Of a stretch of DNA of 64,000 nt, positions 36,401 through 51,800 are shown piece after piece. The DNA is from Nemertoderma westbladi. Its lineage: Eukaryota; Animalia; Xenacoelomorpha. The position numbers were made by a program, and so were the translations under genes. Under the pieces are notes generated by a model. It did no database searches and was not told the DNA's origin. It was given only the letters and a program-made list of their open reading frames with translations. Within the stretch, counting starts at the first letter, position 1. The number at the start of each line of letters is the position of its first letter. The DNA is taken from contig JAUCBJ010008061.1 in the NCBI GenBank assembly GCA_032718475.1, positions 53,687 to 117,686 on the forward strand, given 5' to 3'.

Positions 36401-39400
36401 AAGGGCCCTTTCTCTTCGGTTGAAAGATGACCTTAAAGGACCAACAAAGAAGCAACATCTAGGGGTCGCGGCTGACAGGGGCTTTAAAATGTGCGGTTGG
36501 ATGAGACAACCGAACACATCACATGCGTTTAATTCAATTATATACAAATATATTACTGGGGAACTTCTCTCGTTTAGGGACCCAGATTAACGGGCAAGTT
36601 TACATTCGTTTAGTAAATGTTAAAAGGTTTCTACATGTGAGATAGAATAGTCATTTGTAGATCAGAAAGTAAAAATCTGGTTACTCACGCATTCTTAGTT
36701 CATTTAGGGTATTTAGTACAAGTTCCATTCCTGTTCGAACAAGTGCCACCATCACCAATGAAAGGATCTATTGATAACTTACTAACTGTTGATTTTATAT
36801 TGTTGTGCCAAATATGTTTTGTGAACAGTTTAGCGATACGTCATCCATAAAGGCATATTATTGTATTACGAGTATAAATCAATGTAACGGGGCGTCATAT
36901 GACGCATTTAGATGTAGCTTAGTATATTCTTTGTGAGGTTTAGTTATTATTAGTTATCATTTGGAAGATTTAGTTATCGTGTTAAGACAACAGAGCGAAA
37001 CTCATCGCCGGAATTAATTGAATTCGTTTAGTGTACATGCAATTAGGTGCACTACAGAACAAATTCCAGTTAAGGAAAACAATTAAGGGATTTGGGATAT
37101 GTAATGTAAAAGTAAGGGATTTTGGACTATGGGATTTGTACTGGAAGTAGCGTCACAATATTGCATTTGGTACGCTTTTTCCTTCCATATCGGACTTTAT
37201 GGTAATTGCAAGGGGGTACATATATTTTGCTCAATAAATTACTTCATATTAATTTGTTGTGCAATCACTTTACTAATAACTTAACTTTTACTTCTTCTAA
37301 CTAGTGCAATCCGTGTTAATTAATTAGTTACTTAAAATTAGATTTATAAAAAACAATAAAAAAAATAATAAAATGTGGAATATTGGCGATAAATAGTTTA
37401 GAAATCCCCCAGATAGTGATGAAATATCAGATGATGGAAAATATTGTACAAGGAGAATTACACCAACAATACCATCATCATGGATCAATTATTGGGTCGA
37501 GGCTTCGTAGCACGGCCCCATCTGGAATATATATGGGACAATTACAAGAGAAAGAATGTAGTCGAAGAGGAAGACCCAGGGCTGATACCATAAAGAAGTT
37601 ACAGTTGGACGGGAGGTGTTCCTCCAGTGCTATACGGTAAGTTGTATGTAGTCGTAGAGGTAGACCCAGGGCTGATACAATAAAGAAGTTACAGTTGGAC
37701 GGGAGGTGTTCCTCCAGTGCTATACGGTAAGTTGTATGTAGTCGTAGAGGTAGACCCAGGGCTGATACAATAAAGAAGTTACAGTTGGACGGGAGGTGTT
37801 CCTCCAGTGCTATACGGTAAGTTGTATGTAGTCGTAGAGGTAGACCCAGGGCTGATACAATAAAGAAGTTACAGTTGGACGGGAGGTGTTCCTCCAGTGC
37901 TATACGGTAAGTTGTATGTAGTCGTAGAGGTAGACCCAGGGCTGATACAATAAAGAAGTTACAGTTGGACGGGAGGTGTTCCTCCAGTGCTATACGGTAA
38001 GTTGTATGTAGTCGTAGAGGTAGACCCAGGGCTGATACAATAAAGAAGTTACAGTTGGACGGGAGGTGTTCCTCCAGTGCTATACGGTAAGTTGTATGTA
38101 GTCGTAGAGGTAGACCCAGGGCTGATACAATAAAGAAGTTACAGTTGGACGGGAGGTGTTCCTCCAGTGCTATACGGTAAGTTGTATGTAGTCGTAGAGG
38201 TAGACCCAGGGCTGATACAATAAAGAAGTTACAGTTGGACGGGAGGTGTTCCTCCAGTGCTATACGGTAAGTTGTATGTAGTCGTAGAGGTAGACCCAGG
38301 GCTGATACAATAAAGAAGTTACAGTTGGACGGGAGGTGTTCCTCCAGTGCTATACGGTAAGTTGTATGTAGTCGTAGAGGTAGACCCAGGGCTGATACAA
38401 TAAAGAAGTTACAGTTGGACGGGAGGTGTTCCTCCAGTGCTATACGGTAAGTTGTATGTAGTCGTAGAGGTAGACCCAGGGCTGATACAATAAAGAAGTT
38501 ACAGTTGGACGGGAGGTGTTCCTCCAGTGCTATACGGTAAGTTGTATGTAGTCGTAGAGGTAGACCTAGGGCTGATACAATAAAGAAGTTACAGTTGGAC
38601 GGGAGGTGTTCCTCCAGTGCTATACGGTAAGTTGTATGTAGTCGTAGAGGTAGACCCAGGGCTGATACAATAAAGAAATTACAGTTGGACGGGAGGTGTT
38701 CCTCCAGTGCTATACGGTAAGTTGTATGTAGTCGTAGAGGTAGACCCAGGGCTGATACCATAAAGAAGTTACAGTTGGACGGGAGGTGTTCCTCCAGTGC
38801 TATACGGTAAGTTGTATGTAGTCGTAGAGAGATAGGCCTAGAGCTGATACAATAAAGAAGTTACAGTTGGACGGGAGGTGTTCCGCCAGTGCTATACGGT
38901 AAGTTGTATGTAGTCGTAGAGGTAGACCCAGGGCTGATACCATAAAGAAGTTACAGTTGGACGGGAGGTGTTCCTCCAGTGCTATACGGTAAGTTGTATG
39001 TAGTCGTAGAGGTAGACCCAGGGCTGATACAATAAAGAAGTTACAGTTGGACGGGAGGTGTTCCTCCAGTGCTATACGGTAAGTTGTATGTAGTCGTAGA
39101 GGTAGACCCAGGGCTGATACAATAAAGAAGTTACAGTTGGACGGGAGGTGTTCCTCCAGTGCTATACGGTAAGTTGTATGTAGTCGTAGAGGTAGACCCA
39201 GAGCTGATACAATAAAGAAGTTACAGTTGGACGGGAGGTGTTCCTCCAGTGCTATACGGTAAGTTGTATGTAGTCGTAGAGGTAGACCCAGGGCTGATAC
39301 AATAAAGAAGTTACAGTTGGACGGGAGGTGTTCCTCCAGTGCTATACGGTAAGTTGTATGTAGTCGTAGAGAGATAGGCCTAGAGCTGATGCTAAATGAG

Positions 39401-42400
39401 TAACGCCTCCCCTGGGAGTTTAGAGTCGAATAAACTTTAAGTTTTGGGGTGTAATTTGTGTATAATTTCTAACAATCGTGGGATACATGTCAAAGATCCA
39501 GTCATCATGAAGAATTAATATCTCGTTTCAATGTTCAATTATCAATTTAGGGAAAGGAGCTTACAAGGAGGTTACAATGGCACGTTATACTAACCAAAAC
39601 AATAACTAAAGTCAATTGAATAGGTTACAGTTATATTTTTGGGAGCAATCAGCTGGTATTTGCGTCGATTAATTTTGATTTTGATTGATTGTGATTAATC
39701 CCGACCGCCAATTTGTAAAGGAGACTGTGAGTGTGCCTCTAGCGGAAGTAGGAAGAATGTATGACAACTTAATACATTTCTGAACTTTCATTCTATTTCA
39801 CGCGGGTCCCCATTACATATGGAGCAATTTATTATTGAATACTTTATTTTTTCAGGTGTTCCACATGTTACCGGGTGTTTCCTCGAGAGAAATCACTACA
39901 GGCCCACGAACGCACTCACAGGGGTGAACGACCTTACATGTGCGACTTCCCGGGATGCAACAAAGCTTTCATTCAGGTAGTGAGTGATACTGATACTACC
40001 CTACCTAGTCTACTAATAGTTCCGAGTGAAATATTCCGGGAAATAAAGTAAACCTATTGCTGGGGTGCGGAGTACTATATTTAACGGAATGAGATATAGT
40101 ACCAGTATTCGAGTTCGAGTATTCGAGACCAGAGTTCACATTGGTGGCACCCCATTATAGGTCATGATGAAATGGAAGTCGTGCATTTCTGGTGGCGGGA
40201 TGAAAGATACTGTCCGTATTCGCTACGGTGTGCACGGTTGACGCTAATTCGGCAAAATAAATTAAAAACTTGAAAATAAAATACTGCTAACTACAGCTAA
40301 TGCGGGATACGGTGTTACTTTATCAAATGAAACATTTAGTTTATATTAAACGCTTTGTAATGTGCAGTATTTCTGGGCTTCAAACAGGAGGTGCATGGTT
40401 CGACCCCTGGAAAGAGCAGTCAGTCATTCATTAGTACTATTTCACTCTCCCATAAAGCAGTACAGTTCCAGTTCTATTTAGTCCTAGTTTGTCTATTACT
40501 CAGTGGGATATATTATATTCCTTTGTGTCCCTCTGTTCCCAAGGGACTGAGAATTTGGCCACCGGAGAATTTAAATTTGTCTGAAAATAAGAGCTATACA
40601 GTTTAACAACGTGCAAAATCAAATTTAATTGTGTTAAAAGGTTAAATTTAATTTAACAAAAAAATATGTTAACAGATATTATCAAAAATAAAGTAACATG
40701 TTTATTATATACAGTATGTAGTAACTATTGCCATAACAACAACACTGCATCGCATTGTATCACCAACATTGATTATTATTTGTGTTTCACAGAGTGGTCA
40801 ACTAAAGACACACCAAAGACTCCACACCAAAGAGCATCCATTCCGATGTTCCATAAAAGGGTGTTTGCAGGTGTTCACCCACGCAAACCGAAGGTGTTCT
40901 CTGCACCCTGAAGCGAGGATCCTGAGAGAGAGGGTCTTACTGGATCTCAAACAATTGCTAGTCCCCGGGACGCCTCGTTAGTATAATGTCTACATAATAT
41001 TGGGGGGAATAGTCACCAGGATGCCTAGTTAGTATAATATCTAGATAATATTGGGGGCGACGATAGAAGGGTTGTGTTAGACCTAGATAATCTGTAGGAG
41101 TTATTGCGAAATTTGGGGGTCGATGTTTGGGAGTGAGAGACAATTTACAGATAAAATATGCAGTCCATTGAATTCATATTCAATATATTTAACTCCAAAT
41201 TAAATATCAGTAAGTAATCAGCTAATGTCCACCAACATTCTATCTGCAGCGGAAGTCAGACAATGGTTCATAGATTACGCGGAATCGCAACGCTCCACCC
41301 CTGGGGTTCGCAAACGACCACGGATTATAAAACCGAAGGAAGACCACTCGTTCCGCGATGTAGCCATGGAAACACCAAATACAGATAGACAAGTTGAGAA
41401 ATCGGTGCGGAACGTATTGGAATACCGCAAACAACAAACAATAACAACGGGATTACCGGTTTACAGGTCGGCTAAGCTTGAATGTCAATCACTCCCGCAC
41501 AATGCGCCAAAGCAAGAAAATAAAGGGATACATTATGGCCCAGGTACAGAAAGTAACAGTCGCAAATCGAGATATGTTGACAATCAAAATGTTGAAAAGT
41601 TAAAACAACCGCCACAACAGCGAACCCACCAGTCCACTGACCCCGTAGGAATGTTCGACTACACTCGAGTGAGCAGGAATGCATCATACCCACAACCACT
41701 GGCTATACCAACAGGGTTTCCTGTACGACCGGTACCATGGTTACTGCCGGGTCCCCACAGTTACTACGGGATGCCGTCGCCCCTTGAGGTGGAACGCACG
41801 AGACGCCCGGGCTACCAACCTGTTCTAGTCCCCGATAAAACGCTCACACCCCCGCTCGTAATGGACGTACGCCCATCGGTCGGACATCAGACAGAAACTG
41901 TGTCCGGGGTGCAACAATCGATTAGATTTGATCCAAAACAACAATCGATTCGATTTGAGCCAAAACAACAATTCTGGCCAACTTTACAGCAAATAGAGCA
42001 GAAGTCTGACCAGGAATCCCACTTCGTCACATCGATGTCGCATGTGTCCCAAATAAATAACAAGGCAATATCGATCCTACCCACAACGAAGTCTGTAGTC
42101 GCCATGCCGCAGCCATCCGCAATACATTTGCAATATTCATCCGCACTTAGTAGTCAGGAATGTATCAATCCAAACCAGAAATCGTATCACTCCCACAATC
42201 CCCCATATTCCCTTCCACAAATAAATGTATCTAATTTTGTTCATCCCATCGCCTTTGCTCAAACTAGTAAGTTGGAACACAAGGAAAATGACGTCACAGC
42301 TTTCAATCCGAAGGCTAATTATCCACTCGAAATCCAACCAATAGCGAAGCGTGTAGTGGACATAACACCATCAAATAAACCCGATATTCCATCCACTTAC

Positions 42401-45400
42401 AAGGTCAAGAACCACCACTCACAACGCAATATACATATGGAAACCAATTACATCAGCGATACACAAAAACGTAAGAGAGGCAGCGATAAACTCCCACGAT
42501 TGGATGTCCCCATAGCAACGCAGAGCGAACAGAAACCCCAACAGAATCGAGGAAACCAACCGGTAGAAAATATACAGGATCCCGCACAGGATAGGTCGGT
42601 GATACAATTCAAAAACGGCAGATCTGCCATAGGATCCAAGAAGATACGCCAATTCGAAACGACCAATCAGGCATCGGTGCCTCTGGATCTAAGCGATAGG
42701 AATACTAACGGGGCCGCTAGATGTGTCAGCGTAATTACTAAGTTGGACGGCGCGCTTGTCAGGGGGCCGCAAAAGACTCCCGTTGCTGTGGTAACCGAGT
42801 CGGTACCCCGTACAGAGGCGCCTAGACCTGTACAAACGGAAAGTGAATCTCGGATAATGAGCGCATTGGCACTAGTTGAGTTGGGGTTACAGCCCTCAAT
42901 GTCTTACACTCAGCAATCATAGGAACTTTCAATAAATATGTGTGTCCAAATAAAAGGATACATTTGTGTATCATTATGTACAAATAAGCAGACATTTATG
43001 TACCATATTCATTTGGAATTTTACAATTATGCATTACAGTAACACAATATATGGAATAAATCGTTGTGACGTTGTGTTTTGTGTACCATGCACTGCCAAA
43101 CAAAGATAATAATGTTTACAAAAATCATTTTCGTAAACTTCATTCTTCATTTGATATATCGTCTAGAATGTTTAATACTTTGTTATTTATGCAATAATGA
43201 AATACTATGTTCAGAAACACTTTCCTCAAACTGTAAAAGAGTTAATTTAATTATATAGTACTGGTAAATATATTCTAGTAATATTATCATGGTTGCCACT
43301 TTGGTTTTTAAAAGCATCCCTGACTGCATTGCATGCCAGCATACCAAATATTAATCTCCCTCGTTAAATATGTTACAAATATCACATACTGTTTATGTGT
43401 AAGGGAATAAAACATCGAGCGAAGCGAGCACGATATTTTTTACTTTATGAAACAACAAACTGACATTTCCATGAATTCTAAATTTCTTAAGTGAATTTCC
43501 CGATATTTCTCTGACATGCTTTAACCTTCAGATGAGTTAGTGGCAACCGCGATTATTAGGATTATTATAATTAATAAGTTAATTGTGCTTGTGCAAGGAC
43601 TATTCAACTGTATAGAGTAATCCTTGGCTGTTTGCAAGGATTACTCTACTGCAGTAGAGCCGTTCTTGGCTGTGTGTCATTCTGCTTTTATTATGCAAAT
43701 ATACAGTAATATTGTGCGATTTCAACTATTATAACCGGAAGAATTAACAATTTCATATTCATATCCATATCATAACTCATCGTTAGCAATAACTATTTAC
43801 ATACTTGTGTGTAAAGTAGCACTTTACAGAGTGATGATCCGAGTGGCTTTGTTACACGAACGAACGTTAGTGAGTGAAAATAAAGCCACGAGGATCAGAA
43901 CACTGTAAAGCAGGGTTTTTTTTTCTAAATATGTTAGTGAAATTTATAAATAAAAATAGTGATTTCTAATTTTTTTAAACTTGTTTAGAAATATTTCTAA
44001 ATTTAAAAATTGAAAATAACAAGAGATCAGAATTTAACATTATAGCCATATTTAATTTATGTTTGTTTATTATTCATTCACCACTCTCTAAAACTGATCT
44101 TGTAATACTGTTCCAAAATCCAAATAAGTAGATTTATTAAAGTGTAACATTCATTGAGGATTATATTGAAATTAAATTATTAAAAAAATATTTTTGACTT
44201 AGTTATTTCTTCACAAACTGTTCTTTGGAATCAGAATGGTGGATTACATGAAAAAAATCAAAAAAAATCTCTTCCGCAATTTTCAATGAAACTTATGGAA
44301 AATAATGGCTGGGGTTGATTAGGTATATAGTTCCCAGTCGGTCATAGTTGAAGGGGACCAAGTGTGACCGGGTGGTAATTTGTAATCCTACCGGGAACCT
44401 TAGGCATTCAAAGCGACCTGGTTAAATAAATACAGCTGCTAATAAGTTAATACAAATTGAAATTGCATGCGCGTAAATAATGAAGGGGGTGTTTTTTTTT
44501 TTAATTCGAAATCCGATTAAGTTCTTTGTTTATGCTTTTCGAAGAGTCTGTTTATGAGGACCATTATACCCTTTATAATTTTTTGTAAAATTTACGTATT
44601 TTCTAAATTTCTAAAGCCGAGTTTACTAATGAGATCAATCACCACCTTGGGGGGAAGTTTTGTTGTGAGAGTGGCCTGGCCCAGAAGCAGGAGAAATTGA
44701 TTATGGGGCTGGGGGAGGGGGTATTTTTGGGCCTTAAAACCCTATCTGGCCAGGTCTATTTTTACTAATTGGCCCTGGGTGGGTTGTCATTTTTGGAATT
44801 TTTTTAGATATTGGCTAAAAAAATTAAAATTTGGAGGTATAAGGGTTTTCGAGGTCGCTGATCCCGATAACACTTGTTAAAAATATTTTCTGGCATTGCA
44901 GCCATCATTTTGTTGCACTATTCTACTCCCACAGCGCCCCAGGACGAAAAGTACAATGAAAAATTTTCAAACTAACGAACGTTGTGTTTGGATGAATAAT
45001 TCTGAAGCTATAGTGTCGAGGTCGCTGATCACGATAGAACTTGTTAAGAATATTTAATGGAAGTGTGAACATTAAATATTTATCAATTTGTGCTACCGGT
45101 ACTTGTATTTTTCGTGCCAAATTGGCACATATCCAAAATTTCCACAATGAATCGGATATTATATGAGTGTCCCATCCACGATCAGCATCCGGGAAAGTCA
45201 TAAAATGTCATAAAATTAGTTTGATTTGGTGGTGATTTTTTCATTATCATATTTGCAATTTAAAAATTACTATGAATTTTCTCGAATGTTATATCTGAGT
45301 TATATAATCGTGATCAGCATCCAAAAACAACCACTATATATACCGCAAATAAATTTATTTTATCGAGCTATTAAAAGTTTGGAAAAAATTTGCGCGCGAA

Positions 45401-45773
45401 AATTACTCGAAAATTACGAAAACTAACATAGCTATGTTTTGGGCGTTTGAGCTGGTGAGCCAATTAAATTTTAGGAAAAGTCGCGAAATCTGGGTTTTCC
45501 CACCATACCTGGCTTAAAGATACATCCCCCGCAGTTGAGTTACAAAAAATTTCTATAATGACCACCCCGGGCCAAATAGGGTTAATGGGGGGGGGGGGGG
45601 GGGGGGGGGGGTAACTCAAATCAAAGGGGACTCAAAGGGGATTCAAAGGAAACTCAAAGGGATATTTCAAATCTGAAAATGGTTTAGCGAGATCTCTTTT
45701 ACTTTTCGAGTTATGGCTGTCTGTCCGTCTGTCTCTTTTTTAGTCTGTCTGTCAGAATGCAACAATGTTCATG

Positions 45774-45806
<33 letters not shown>

Positions 45807-48800
45807 TATATTTATTGATATAGCGCCAAATTTACATCATTTACGTACTCTATGGCGCTGACAACACATACAGTAATACACAGTAATTAATAGTTCGTGA
45901 CTGCAATGGCAATAGTTATGAGGTAAAATCAACTAAATTAATGTAGTAATAAAAAACCAACAATAAAAACATCACAAAATATAGTAAAAACAAACAATAA
46001 AAACGATCATCGCAGATATTCCAATCTTACGGGTTAAGTTAATTAGTAATTAATGGCAATAGTTGTGAAATAAAATTATCCAATTAATTAATTAAAAAAA
46101 TGTCAGTCGTCCATAAAAACAAATAAATAATGTTTAGTTTAGATTTAACTTCAAAGGCACAGCGTAATATAAGACACTAGTTCACGTGGTATTCCAGATT
46201 GTATAGGTGAGTTTTTAGACGTTTCTTAAAAGTGCCCACATTCAATGATTCGCGTATGGCCGGAGGCAATGCGTTCCATACAGTTGGAGCAGCAATGGAG
46301 AACGATCGCCTACCATAATGTTCCGTATTGTAGCGAGGGGCCACGAGTAAACCCAGCCCGCTGGATCGCATCTCGCGGATGGATATGTACGGAGTTAGTA
46401 AGTCGCTTAGATACTTCGGGGCACAGTAGTTATTTACGCATTTCCAAGTTAGCAAGGCAATTTTAAAGTCAATACGGCGAACTATAGGTAACCAGTGCAA
46501 TGCTTTTAGAGTTGGAGTTATATGGTCCCTCTTCTTTACACCACATGTACCGTAATACCGTTATACAAAATTTGACAATCTGCGTTATACAATCTGCGGT
46601 ACAAAATACCGTTATGATACAAAATTTATGTTGTAAGTTTTCATATTTTGTGGAACCTCATGAGTCTGTCTGTCTGCCTGCCTGCGTTTCTGTCTGTCTG
46701 TCATTCTGTGTGTCTGTCTATCTGTCTCTCTCTCTGTCTGTCTATCGGACTGTCCGTCAAATATTTTTGCAGTCATACAGACCCTAGATAGACTGACACG
46801 ATTCAGCTAATTACGAAAACTGACATCGTAAATGAAATTACCGACCACGAAAACCCCCTTAGAGAAATTCTTAGCTATTTTCTGTGAATTATTATATTTT
46901 GACGGACAGACCGACAGACAAACTGACTCATAGACAGACATCAGATAGTCGGTTAGAAGACTAGATTTTGCAACAAAATGGAAAACTTACATCAGCAATG
47001 AAATTACCGACCACGAAAACCCCCATAGAGAAATTTTTAGCTATTTTCTGCGAATTATTATATTTTGACGGACAGACCGACAGACAAACTGACTCATAGA
47101 CAGGCATCACATAATCAGTTAGAAGACAAGATTTTCCAATAAATTGAAAAATTACATCAGAAATGAATTCTCCTACCAGGAAAACCCCAATATGTAGTAT
47201 TTTAGTGTGGTCTCCTTCCGCATAGGCAGACTTACTTTAACATATATTCTTTCATATTCACATAAAATAATTGGCGGGAAGGTTTAAACTTTAAAGGCCG
47301 TTATCTCGGGATTACATTTTTTCACACACGCCATTTCTTAACCTTTTTTTGTGCTAGGAGGCGCTAAAAAAATTTATTTCACATTTTTATTTACTTTAGT
47401 TCATTTTCTTTTCGATGGTATATAGTTTTCTGCGCCTTCAACCATATTGGAGATATTGGAGAAAAATTAACAAATATCACCAGGGGGGGGGGGGGGGGGT
47501 TACCCCCCCCCCCCCCCCCCCTTAAACCCATAACCTAGGCCAAAAGTTAGGGTTTTTAGGCTCATACCTAAAAACTAACGTTGACCAAAAATGTATTATT
47601 AATTGCTTTGGTTCAATATCCTGGTTAATAGAAAGGAGCAGGTTACAGTGAAATCAATAAACGAGAGTTAATATTACATGTTACAATTTAATTTTTGCTG
47701 GAAATAAATATATTTATGGTAAGAAATATATTTTCTATATAAATAAAACTCTTGGACTAGGATAAAACTAGGACCCCTTTGTAAATAAGCTACAGCTTTA
47801 GGGGTAATCCTACAGTGTATACGTTATGTTGGACAATACATAATATTGTTCTTGTTTTTACATAATGTGTGATAATAATTTCACAAACTAATTGAAACTA
47901 TTAAACTAATTAGTAAACTGGTAATTCCGGTAAAATTCCGGCCGGAATTGACCCCATTCCGGCGGGAACCGGAATCTGGCAAAAACCGCCGGAATTCCGG
48001 CCGGAACGGAATTCCGGCCGGAACGGAATTCCGGGACATCCCTAGTCTGTTATTGGTTAATAATTATGATGATAAAATAATATTACTAATAATCTGTCTG
48101 CAGAATATATGATAATGAAGTAGAAAAGTTAATGGCATTGTGAACATAATTGGAATCGATTTTCCCTCCAGTTCTTTATGTAACGAGAAACATAGGCATT
48201 TAATTGAAATTCAACAAGAAGAACTTTCAACGCATTTATCTCAAACTAATTTTTCTTTGTTGGCGCCCGTTCTACTGTTACCATCACCAATGGTGGATTA
48301 TTCCTTGTCCTTCCCAATAAAATGGCTTTACTTTACCAAAGCGGTATTAAAAGTAGGGACCTAATTAGTTCAATATTTCAATGAAAATATTATTATAGGT
48401 GGGGGACCTAAGATTGCAAGATTTACTTTACAGAAAACAAGCAATACAGCACTATTGCATGGCCTACTTTTCACACTCAATTCATTGGGTAAAATAATTC
48501 AGTTTTCTAAACAAAATTGAGATTTTCTAAATTTTTTCTAACCGTTTAGAAACTTTTAACAGTGAATATTAAAAAAAAAACCCTGCTGTAAAGTACTTTG
48601 CAACAAGTATGTATGTAGTTATATTCCAAAATTATTACATTATGAAATGATTTTACATATACATTATAAGTGATAGAAACTGCACAAATTATATTAGTTG
48701 CTGTATAAATAAATGTAAAAATGACATAAATTATGTTATAAATATGTTAGCTTATAGTCCTTACAAAAACATTAACGACGAAAAACTAAAACAACAAAAA

Positions 48801-51800
48801 CTCATGAACTGAACACCAAACAAATTGACCATTTATAATTATGAAAAGAACACTAACTTGACTAAATTAGCCCTTCTGTTCGTATGTTCCTGGATTAACA
48901 TTGTTTGTTGGTTTTGCGACTCCCACAGTTCTCGTTCTAGAGCAAGTCTCTCCAACCGCTTCGCTTCCTGTGTTTTAAAACAAAATCTATCACTGTAGAT
49001 CTCAAAAATCCATACAGGTATTAGTCTGTTAATATTTCAGGTACTAGTTCGCCGCAATAAACCATGTCGACACCTTCATAATCTTTAAAAAAACTCCCCT
49101 CCACCCCGTAATTTTTTTCTAATTAAAAAAATATGCTACGAAAATTGGAATGGTGACAGTTCGACATTGGTTATTACAACTGGTCTCGCCATATTTTTGT
49201 TTTTGTCCATACAAAACGCCGTTAAAAAGTGTCTATATAACACTACTTGGCTGTCTGCAACGGCTTTATATTTTGTTTTTAATATAAATCAAAATAAAGC
49301 AAAGCCAAAGAGTCGGCCGAAGTCGGAGGCGACCCAAGGCTACTCTTGCGCAAGCTTCTACCCGAAGGTAGTTGTGGGTGTTACTCGTATCCCAAGTTTT
49401 ACAAATTCAAAGTTTTGCAATTAATTCAAATGGTCTACATTTTATCGCACAGAGTGGATGAAAGGCTGAGTGAACCCTGGCGGGGGTTGAAACAACACTC
49501 TACAGAGTGAAAGCCCGGCGCTCAACCAACTGAGCAAACCCCGACGATTTTGTATTTTTTTTTTCAAATTTCAATCAAACGTATCAATTAAATGAAATAC
49601 GTCAACATACCAATCCAACTATACGTACTTACAATCGCGCACCAAGTTCATGTTCGTCTGAAATAGGATATAACCGAACCGGAAATTGTAACAAGTTGGA
49701 CCACTGTAGTCAACATTTCCATGGTTCCTAATGAGATGTGAGTCATCAATGTCAAAGATCGAACCAAAATTCCCAATAAAGCATACCAAACAATTATTAC
49801 TGATCAACACCGACAATTATTGTGACAAAGAACAGGATAAAAACAAGTTTTATTCTTAAATTGTTACTTTTTCGCTCAAAATTAGAACAAAATCGGGAGA
49901 AAAAGTTGCACTTATTTTAAAAGTAACCCCCATAGGATTGTATTGATTTTACTTTTTTCCCGGCGAAAAAGGTAAAACAAAATATTTTTGGTGGAATTTC
50001 TTACATTTTATTAAATGTGTTCAAAGAGCATTGACGTAGAAAAGGTTTGCACGTAAATTGAGCAAAATCCATACACGCACTCAAAAGTTATGGCAAATTG
50101 AGTGTCTCCGCCGCGTACTCCAAAACGGAACTCAATATCCAATATTGTTTATGTTGTTAAGCGGCTCTCTAGTTACGTAATAAATATTCGAGAACACTAA
50201 ATTATTTAACATTGAGTAAGGCAGCATCATGAGTTGAAGAGTAGAGTAATTTGAATTTCAGTTAACTATGGAAGCAATATAGTAAAATACTATAGTTCAA
50301 TTTATTTTGTACCACTATACATGTATTGTTGTACGTTTTATATAGAATTAAACAACAATAAAGTACCAATTTAAGAATAAAATTACTTTAAAAATTAATT
50401 AAAAAAACCTCACTGGCGCTCGGTAAATACAATACCTCGAGAATAGTGAAAAAAATGTTCTTATTTTTTCCTATGTAATAAAAATTATTATTAATGCTTA
50501 AATAATCAGATGTTAATTGATGATTCTAGTTGTTTATATTTTGTTAAAAAGCATAGTTATATTTCTAGTTTTATTTGTCCATGGATTGTTGCTTCATTTT
50601 CTTTTTTTTCCGTAAACCTTTTCCTTTTCCTTTTCCATGAAAGGCATCTGATCTATGTCGACTCATGATCTCTGAACTACCTGGGTTCGTGGCTCCCGGT
50701 CGCTCCGGAATCAGGGTTTTTGTTTCTTCCAAACCCATGGTTGTTACATTTTCAAGATTTATTGTTGGTCTTTCTCGATGTGCTCTGCTGTCTCCTCTCT
50801 GATTACCCTCTCCACTACTAGACCGCTTAGTACCCAAAACACATGAAAACATACTGCAAGAATTCTTTGATCGTTTACTCTTCTCACTCTTTCCAGATGT
50901 TAGGTTCCTTGATTCCTTACTCTTCTTACTCTTTCCAGATGTTAGGTTCCTTGATTCCTTACTCTTCTTACTCTTTCCAGATGGTATGATCCCACTCACA
51001 CTACATGACTCACTCATTCCAAATGATTTGGTTTCAGCCACTCTATGACTTCTGCTATAGGGCTCACTTTCTATATTATTTCTTGTTGCTTTCATTACAG
51101 CTGCACTACTTCTACTACTACTACTACTACGACTTCTTGCTCCATAACTGCTTCTTCTATTGCTACTGCTACTACTACTACTACAGGGCCGACCCTCCCT
51201 GTTATTTATGAATGGTTTTATCTCAGATCCAATAGTCACCTCATTTTTTATATCATTTACAGATGGTTTGGGCTCCGCCCTACAATCTGGCGCTCGTGGT
51301 AAATTCATTCCAGTTGGTTTTATCATAGCCACAGCACCGCCATCACTACTACTAGAACTACTACAACGCGACGCACCCTTCATTTTTTTTCTGAACCCTT
51401 TCATCCCAGTTCCAGTAGACGCCTCACTATTAATTTTCTTTCCATAAGGGAGCATCCCACCCACACTAGACGGGTCATTTATTACATCCTTGACAGGTTG
51501 TTTCATACCAAACATACTATCCGGCTCACTCATATTTCTTCGGGATTGTTTCAACCTATACGCACTTTGCAGCTCACTTTTAAAATTATTTCCGTTTGTC
51601 GTCCAGTTGTCGAGGTTGTCGTCCTGTTCCACACTATGGTGCTGGCTTATTCTATCATTTCCAGGTTCTTTCCTCTCAACCACACTATGCAGCTGACTCA
51701 TCATATTCTTAACATTTTGATCCTCCACGGTAGATGACTCCTTCTTTTTATATGTAGTATAACATTTACAATACATTTGCGCAAGATCACTGAAAATTTT

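Noticed and set aside
36200-36600. GC-richer island considered as a structured ncRNA
   Set aside because: No recognisable snRNA, RNase P or ribozyme motifs; an Rfam search would be needed.
36883-37157. Possible solo LTR (TGTAACG...CGTCACA)
   Set aside because: No target-site duplication on the flanks and no other support.
37478-38761. 427-aa minus-strand repetitive ORF
   Set aside because: It is the stop-free antisense frame of the 90-bp ZNF367 exon array; no sign of an independent gene.
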